From an uncultured archaeon (lineage in GTDB: Archaea > Asgardarchaeota > Lokiarchaeia > Sigyniarchaeales > SOKP01), in contig CAZGJX010000071.1 in assembly GCA_964525635.1 (NCBI GenBank), positions 1 through 22,948 of the forward strand: a stretch of 22,948 nucleotides of DNA, given 5' to 3'. Numbering within the stretch: the first letter of the stretch is position 1; each line of letters opens with the position of its first letter. Of this stretch, positions 17,343 to 22,948 are shown piece by piece. The translations under genes were made by a program, and so were the position numbers. Below the pieces are notes generated by a model. The model was not told the origin of the DNA. It ran no database searches and saw only the letters and a list, made by a program, of their open reading frames with translations.

Positions 17343-20300
17343 ATGAGCTATACATTCTCAAGAACTAAATTAATAGAGAAAATTAAGTTTGGGCTTCTGA
17401 GTCCCGACGAAATCAGAAAAATGTCATCTGCAAGGATCATCACGGCAGATACATATGATGAAGATGGACTGCCGATCCCTTCCGGTTTGATGGATCAACG
17501 GTTGGGAACGATTGAGCCGGGTCAGAGATGCCAAACCTGTGGAAATCTTGTATCAAATTGTATGGGGCACTTCGGACATTAAATTTCTTTTATGAAAGCA
17601 TTTCGCTTTATTTGTCTAAATCGAGTTGGCCCGTCCAGTTATCCACGTAGGCTATTCTAAAAAAGTATTAAAAATATTGAGATCGATATGTCCAGAATGT
17701 TCAAGATTAATGCTTTCTGAAGAAGCTAAAGTAAACCTTCAAAAAGAACAACAATTACATCATAAACTCTCCTATGAAGGGGATGATGATATTACTAAAA
17801 TTGTCTTTAAAAGAGCGAGAAAAAATAAAATATGTCCTTATTGTGGTGCTAAGAAAAAAAAGATAATTTTGGAAAAACCAACTACTTTCTATGAAGAAGA
17901 AGAAGCTAAAGGCTCTCGACGATTAACACCCATAGAAATTAGAGAACGAATGAAAAAAATGATGGATGTAGATCTTCGAGTTTTAGGAATATCACCACAA
18001 AATGCAAGAATGGAATGGGTTGTTTTCACTGTTTTACCAATTCCTCCTGTATGTGCTCGACCTTCAATTACACTAGATAGTGGTATACGCTCTGAAGATG
18101 ATTTAACACATAAACTTGTAGATGTAATTCGAATTAATCAAAGATTAAGAGAAAATATAGATGCTGGAGCACCACACTTGATAGTTGAGGACTTATGGGA
18201 ACTATTACAATATCATATCACAACATACTTTGATAATCAAGTATCTGGAATCCCTCCTGCTAGACATCGCTCTGGTAGAGCATTAAGGACACTAACACAG
18301 AGATTAAAAGGAAAAGAAGGGCGTTTCAGGAGCAATCTCAGTGGAAAGCGTGTAGATTTTTCAGCTAGGAGTGTTATTTCTCCGAATCCACATATAAGTA
18401 TTAATGATGTTGGTGTTCCACAAAAAATAGCTAAAATATTAACTATTCCAACTAATGTAAATGATTGGAATATTGAACAGATGAAACAACTAGTGTTAAA
18501 TGGACCCAATAAACACCCTGGAGCGAATTATATTATTAGGAATGATAGACGAAGAATAGATCTTCGTTATGTTAAAAATAGAAAAATAATCGCAGACATG
18601 CTAGCACCAGGATTTACTGTTGAAAGACATTTAAACACTGGAGATTTAGTATTATTTAATCGACAACCATCGCTACACAGAATGTCGATTATGGCTCATG
18701 AAGTAAAAATTATGGATGGTAAAACATTTCGTTTAAATCTTACCGTATGCCCTCCTTATAATGCAGACTTCGATGGTGATGAAATGAACCTTCATGTCCC
18801 TCAAAGTGAAGAAGCAAGAACAGAAGCAGAATTATTACTAAAAGTTCAAGAACATATATTATCTCCTCGTTTTGGTGGTCCAATTTTGGGGGGAATTCAA
18901 GATTTTATATCAAGTATATTTCAATTTACGGGGTTGGATTCTTTATATGATGTTAAAGACACTTTAAAATTACTCTTTATGGGAGGAATCTTCGATTTAC
19001 ATCCCGATTTTGATTTAAAAAATATCAAACCAATCAAAACTGAACCTGAACCAATGTACTCTGGTAAACAAATTTTTAGCACACTTTTACCTAACGATTT
19101 AAATTTAAGATTGAGATCAAAATTCTGTAAAAAATGCTTTATTAAAAATGGAGAAAAATGTAAAGAAGAAAAGTGTGAATATGATGCATATGTAACAATT
19201 AAAAATGGTGAACTACTTACAGGTACCATTGATGAGAATTCATTTGGTGCAATGCAATCAAATAGTATTCTTCAAAGAATAATTAAGGACCATGGAAACG
19301 CAACGGGTAGAGAATTTTTAGATAACGCTACTAGAATGCTTCTTTATGTTATTAGACAAAATGGTATAACAATGGGACTCGATGAAGTATTTGTCAAAGG
19401 TGAAGCATTTGAACATATTCAAAAAGTATTACATGACGCAACTGATGAATCAAAACGTCTTATAAAAGCATTTAGAGAAAATGATAATAAAATCTTAAAA
19501 AGAGCACCTGGACGGTCATTAAAAGAAACTTTAGAATTACGAATTAGACAAGTTCTTGCTGAAGCGCGTAAAAAAGCAGAAGAATTAGCTTCACATTATA
19601 TTGGAGATGATGCTCACTCAGTTATTATGACTAAATCTGGAGCAAGAGGAAATATATTAAATTTAGGACAAATGTCAGCAGTTGTTGGACAACAAGCTAT
19701 CAGAGGTGAAAGGATAAATAGAGGTTATTCTTCAAGAACTCTTCCACATTTTAAAGTAGATGATTTAACACCAAAAGCTAGAGGATTTGTAGAACAATCC
19801 TATAGAAATGGACTTGAACCTGCGGGCTTCTTCTTCCATGCTATGGGCGGTAGAGAGGGCTTAGTGGACACTGCGGTAAGGACATCAACGAGCGGTTATA
19901 TGCAAAGGCGCTTAGTTAACGCTTTACAAGATATGGTTATAGAAAATGATGGAACTGTCCGCAATTCAGATAAAAACATTATTCAATTCAGATTTGGAGA
20001 TGATTCAGTAAATCCTCAACACACAGATCATGGTGCTGCCGTTAACCTAGATGTCCTATTACTTAAAGCAAAAACACTTGATTTAGAAGAAATTAAACAT
20101 AAAGGTAAGAAACCTGTAGACACCAAATCCAAAAAACCTACACCAGAAAAAGAAGCCAAACTTAAGCCTTCAACAACGGCAACTACACCTAAATCAACAA
20201 CAAAGAAACCTACACCTAAACCATCAACAAAGAAATCAACTAAAGCTCCTGATGAAGATTCATTACAAGAAAAATTTAAAGAGGAAACTGGAAAAAATGC

Positions 20301-20370
20301 GGTTTGGCGTGGTAAAATAACTCAGCAATATATTGAGTGGAAAGAGCAAAACTATGGAATTAAGGAATAA
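17343..20370 (+). CDS. rpoA1: RNA polymerase subunit Rpo1N (A'), spliced: join(17343..17579,17620..20370), 995 aa
   Basis: [26 protein letters not shown]|[38 protein letters not shown]. The two ORF-track pieces join into one gene when 40 nt are removed. Confidence 0.95.
17580..17619 (+). other. Putative BHB/BHL mRNA intron (40 nt) in rpoA1
   Basis: Sequence TAAATTTCTTTTATGAAAGCATTTCGCTTTATTTGTCTAA. Central helix GGAC(17574-77)/GTCT(17614-17); bulges AT^T and AA^A; inner helix AAAT/ATTT; hairpin AAAGC-ATTTC-GCTTT. Excision gives GGA CAT ATC GAG TTG = GHIEL. Confidence 0.88.
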
Positions 20371-20644
20371 AAGAATAGATAGTTGTCAGACATATTGATA
20401 GAGACTAAATATTTTAATTAAAAAACATTATTTCTTTTTTTTTTCTTATAAATTTAAATAAAACATTCAATAAATATTAAAAATAAAATCAAATTCTATT
20501 TCCAAATTATATCAATCGAAAAATATTAATTTTATAATTCATATCAACTAGTAAGCATATGTCTAGTTACTCATTTTTTTTAAAATTTACAGAAATTCAT
20601 AATCATATAAATTATGTTAATTAATTTAATTGAGGTTTAATTAA

Positions 20645-21880
20645 ATGACAAAAGTTACAACTCAAATGTTGAATAGATCTTTAAAAGAATTAGAAGATGA
20701 TGGAATTCCAAAGGATTTAGTTGACAAGATCCGGAATAAAATAAAAGATGAAGATTTGGAAGAAGAACAACTTGAATACCTTCTCAATAAAGTATTTATC
20801 AATTTCAATAATGCAATTGTTGAAGCTTCTGAACCTGTAGGAACTGTAGCTGCACAATCGATTGGTGAACCTGGAACACAAATTTTATTGCAATTGGCAA
20901 TATAAGTGGAAATGACACTAAGAACCTTTCACTACGCAGGAGTGGAAGAATTCTCAGTAACTCAGGGTTTACCTCGTCTGATTGAGATAGTGGATGCACG
21001 TCGATTTCCTTCTACTCCAAACATGACAATCTTTTTGGATAAAGATCACTGTAAGGATGAGAATGAAGCAATTAAAGTTCACAATAGGATTGAACAAATT
21101 AGAATTGAACAAATTAGTTCAGAAGTGGATCTGGATTTTGTTAATTGGAATATTGTTATTAATTTAATACCTAAAATCTGTGATAAAAAGGGAATTGATA
21201 TCGAAAAGATTCCTGAGATCTTAAAACGATATAAAAAGAAAGGTTCGATAAAAAGAGAGGGAAATAAAATAATTATCGATCCTGGAATTGAAGACTTACA
21301 ACAACTTCAAAAACTGCGTGAAAAAATACTTAAAAAAGTTGTTAAAGGTATAAGAGGAGTTAAAAGAGGTTTATTAACACCTTCTGATGATGGTAATGAA
21401 TGGGTCATTAAAACAGAAGGGACAAATATGGTGGGTGTTGTTCAAATAGAAGGTGTTGATGTTACAAGAACTACCTCAAATCATATTCATGAAGTTGAAA
21501 AATTGTTTGGAATTGAGGCCGCAAGAGCTCTTATTATTGAAGAGGCTAAAAAGGTACTTGAACAACAAGGTTTAGATGTCGATTTAAGGCATTTATTAAT
21601 CCTTTCTGATTTAATGTGTGGAACGGGCGCAATTCAATCTATTGGAAGGCATGGTATTTCTGGAGCAAAATCAAGTGTGTTTGCAAGAGCTGCTTTTGAG
21701 GTTACTGTTAATCAATTACTAGATGCTGGTTTATACGGTGAAGAGGAGCGTTTACTAGGTATTCCGGAGAATGTTATAGTAGGACAGGTCTGCCCAATAG
21801 GAACTGGTCGCGTATCCATACAATTCGATTTAGATAAAAATCTAGAAATCTTAAAAGGAAGGAATATCCAAAAAAATTAA
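20645..21880 (+). CDS. rpoA2: RNA polymerase subunit Rpo1C (A''), spliced: join(20645..20881,20912..21880), 401 aa
   Basis: EPVGTVAAQSIGEPGTQ|MTLRTFHYAGV (trigger loop), VTQGLPRLIEIVDA, RAAFE, ENVIVGQ, GTG. Confidence 0.95.
20882..20911 (+). other. Putative BHB/BHL mRNA intron (30 nt) in rpoA2
   Basis: Sequence ATTTTATTGCAATTGGCAATATAAGTGGAA with an in-frame TAA. Inner stem TT/AA plus TATTGC/GCAATA; central helix ACAC/GTGG (3 of 4 paired); both bulges AA^A. Excision gives CAA ATG = Q-M. Confidence 0.85.
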
Positions 21881-21941
21881 AAGAACAAAACATTTTTTTT
21901 ATTTACTTATTAAATATTATTAAATACCTAAAATTTGATGT

Positions 21942-22319
21942 TTGATGGCAAAGAAAAGTAACACTTCAATGGAAATTGATCTATCGCGCAAAAAGGAAAA
22001 AGGTTTAGACATAGACTTAAATATTAAAGTCGCGTTAAAAACAGGAAAAGTTGTATATGGAAAAAATCAAGTTTTAAAGCAATTAAGAGAAAATCCATAT
22101 AAAATGTTAATTGTTGCAAACAATTGTTCTCAAGAATTAATGGATGAATTAAATCATTATAATAAACTCTCAAAAAATAAAATTTATATCTATAAATATA
22201 AAGGCTCGAGTTGGGATTTAGGTCTTACTTGTGCAAAACCCTATATGATAAGTGTAATCGGAGTTTATAATTTTGGAGATAGTGATCTTCAAAAATTTAT
22301 GAATAAAGGAATTAAATAA
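21942..22319 (+). CDS. rpl30e: 50S ribosomal protein L30e
   Basis: ALKTGKVVYG, LIVANNC, YKGSSWDLGLTCAKPY, GDSDL; downstream of rpoA2. Confidence 0.93.
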   Translation: MMAKKSNTSMEIDLSRKKEKGLDIDLNIKVALKTGKVVYGKNQVLKQLRENPYKMLIVANNCSQELMDELNHYNKLSKNKIYIYKYKGSSWDLGLTCAKPYMISVIGVYNFGDSDLQKFMNKGIK

Positions 22320-22346
22320 AAAGAAATTTTAATATACTGTTGAAAG

Positions 22347-22829
22347 ATGATTAAGAAGAACATTAAAATCGATAAAGACAGCATGGAATTGATTAGTCTA
22401 TTTAATAATATATCAGGTGCAATTATTAAAGATTGTATTATTTATGATACATCTGAAGATACCAACGAAATAATTATTTTCCTTGTTAAAAAAGATGATG
22501 TAGGAAAAGCAATTGGTAAAGACGGGGAACATGTAAAAGATTTAACCTTAAAACTTCAAAAAAAAATAGATGTAATCCCTTTTTCAAAAGAACTTGATAT
22601 ATTTATCAAATATATCTTAAACACAACTAAAAATTCTATAAAAGTAAATGGAATTGAAATAAAAGAAGGGAAAAATAGTAAAAAAACGGTGATAATTTCT
22701 GTTCGTCCACAGGATAGAGGAAAAGCTATTGGAAAAGATGGTTCAATGATAAGAAAAGTTAAAAGATTAGTAACTCGTCATTTTGAGATCGATAATGTAA
22801 TAATTGATACTCGTCCAATAAATGCATAA
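22347..22829 (+). CDS. nusA: Archaeal NusA (two KH domains)
   Basis: Two GKAIGKDG KH motifs; conserved rpoA2-rpl30e-nusA order. Confidence 0.92.
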   Translation: MIKKNIKIDKDSMELISLFNNISGAIIKDCIIYDTSEDTNEIIIFLVKKDDVGKAIGKDGEHVKDLTLKLQKKIDVIPFSKELDIFIKYILNTTKNSIKVNGIEIKEGKNSKKTVIISVRPQDRGKAIGKDGSMIRKVKRLVTRHFEIDNVIIDTRPINA

Positions 22830-22948
22830 TAAATCTATTTTAATTTGAAAAAACTGAATTTTAAATTATTAATGAATATTATTTAGTTAAATCTTATGTT
22901 ATCAAAACTAGTAAAACGTAGCTAATCTTATTTAAAATTATCAAGAAA

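Noticed and set aside
17577-17622. Translational bypassing (ribosome hopping) as the explanation for the inserts
   Set aside because: Take-off and landing codons do not match (CAT/TAA, CAA/GAA, AAA/TAA). The internal CAT at 17599-17601 is followed by an in-frame TAA at 17617-17619. BHB cut geometry fits all three junctions.
19120-19180. Cys cluster CKKC...C....C in Rpo1N
   Set aside because: A Cys-rich segment at this position is common in archaeal A' subunits.
20882-20911. Spliceosomal, group I/II introns or inteins
   Set aside because: No GT...AG ends, far too short for self-splicing ribozymes, and in-frame stops exclude inteins.
363-20999. Short antisense or overlapping ORFs (363-569, 3985-4203, 9132-9317, 9610-9819, 10060-10254, 12873-13100, 14432-14689, 14944-15171, 18237-18509, 18921-19229, 20805-20999)
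   Set aside because: Shadows of well-supported genes, with no recognisable motifs.
17343-21880. rpoA1/rpoA2 as pseudogenes or naturally split subunits, as in the ORF track
   Set aside because: The breaks fall within the Zn-clamp and trigger-loop motifs, no residues are lost after excision, and there is no other decay.
1-22948. tRNA, rRNA, CRISPR array, transposase or integrase
   Set aside because: None recognised. No EndA or RtcB gene is in the window either, so any splicing machinery must be encoded elsewhere.

Overview
AT-rich archaeal window, most likely from Asgard archaea (Lokiarchaeia-like), inferred from a Rab-like small GTPase, a roadblock-domain protein and a longin-like protein next to archaeal core genes. 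It carries the conserved pus10-(insert)-rpl21e-rpoF-DUF655-ksgA-hemK cluster, nurA, a histone and rpo1N(rpoA1)-rpo1C(rpoA2)-rpl30e-nusA. Main observation: three protein-coding genes are each interrupted, inside a highly conserved motif, by a 30-40 nt stop-containing insert. They are Rpo1N (17580-17619), Rpo1C (20882-20911) and a cold-shock protein missed by the ORF track (3776-3747, minus strand). Each insert folds into a bulge-helix-bulge/bulge-helix-loop (BHB/BHL) structure, and its canonical tRNA-splicing-endonuclease cut sites exactly restore the reading frame and the motif. This points to endonuclease-spliced mRNA micro-introns in essential genes. Also present: a bacterial-like TetR/ABC cassette with operators inserted into the pus10-rpl21e cluster, an amber-interrupted hydrolase, candidate AUU start codons, a nucleotide kinase with a PIP box, and a K/P/S/T-rich C-terminal tail on Rpo1N. 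All pairings and counts were done by hand.
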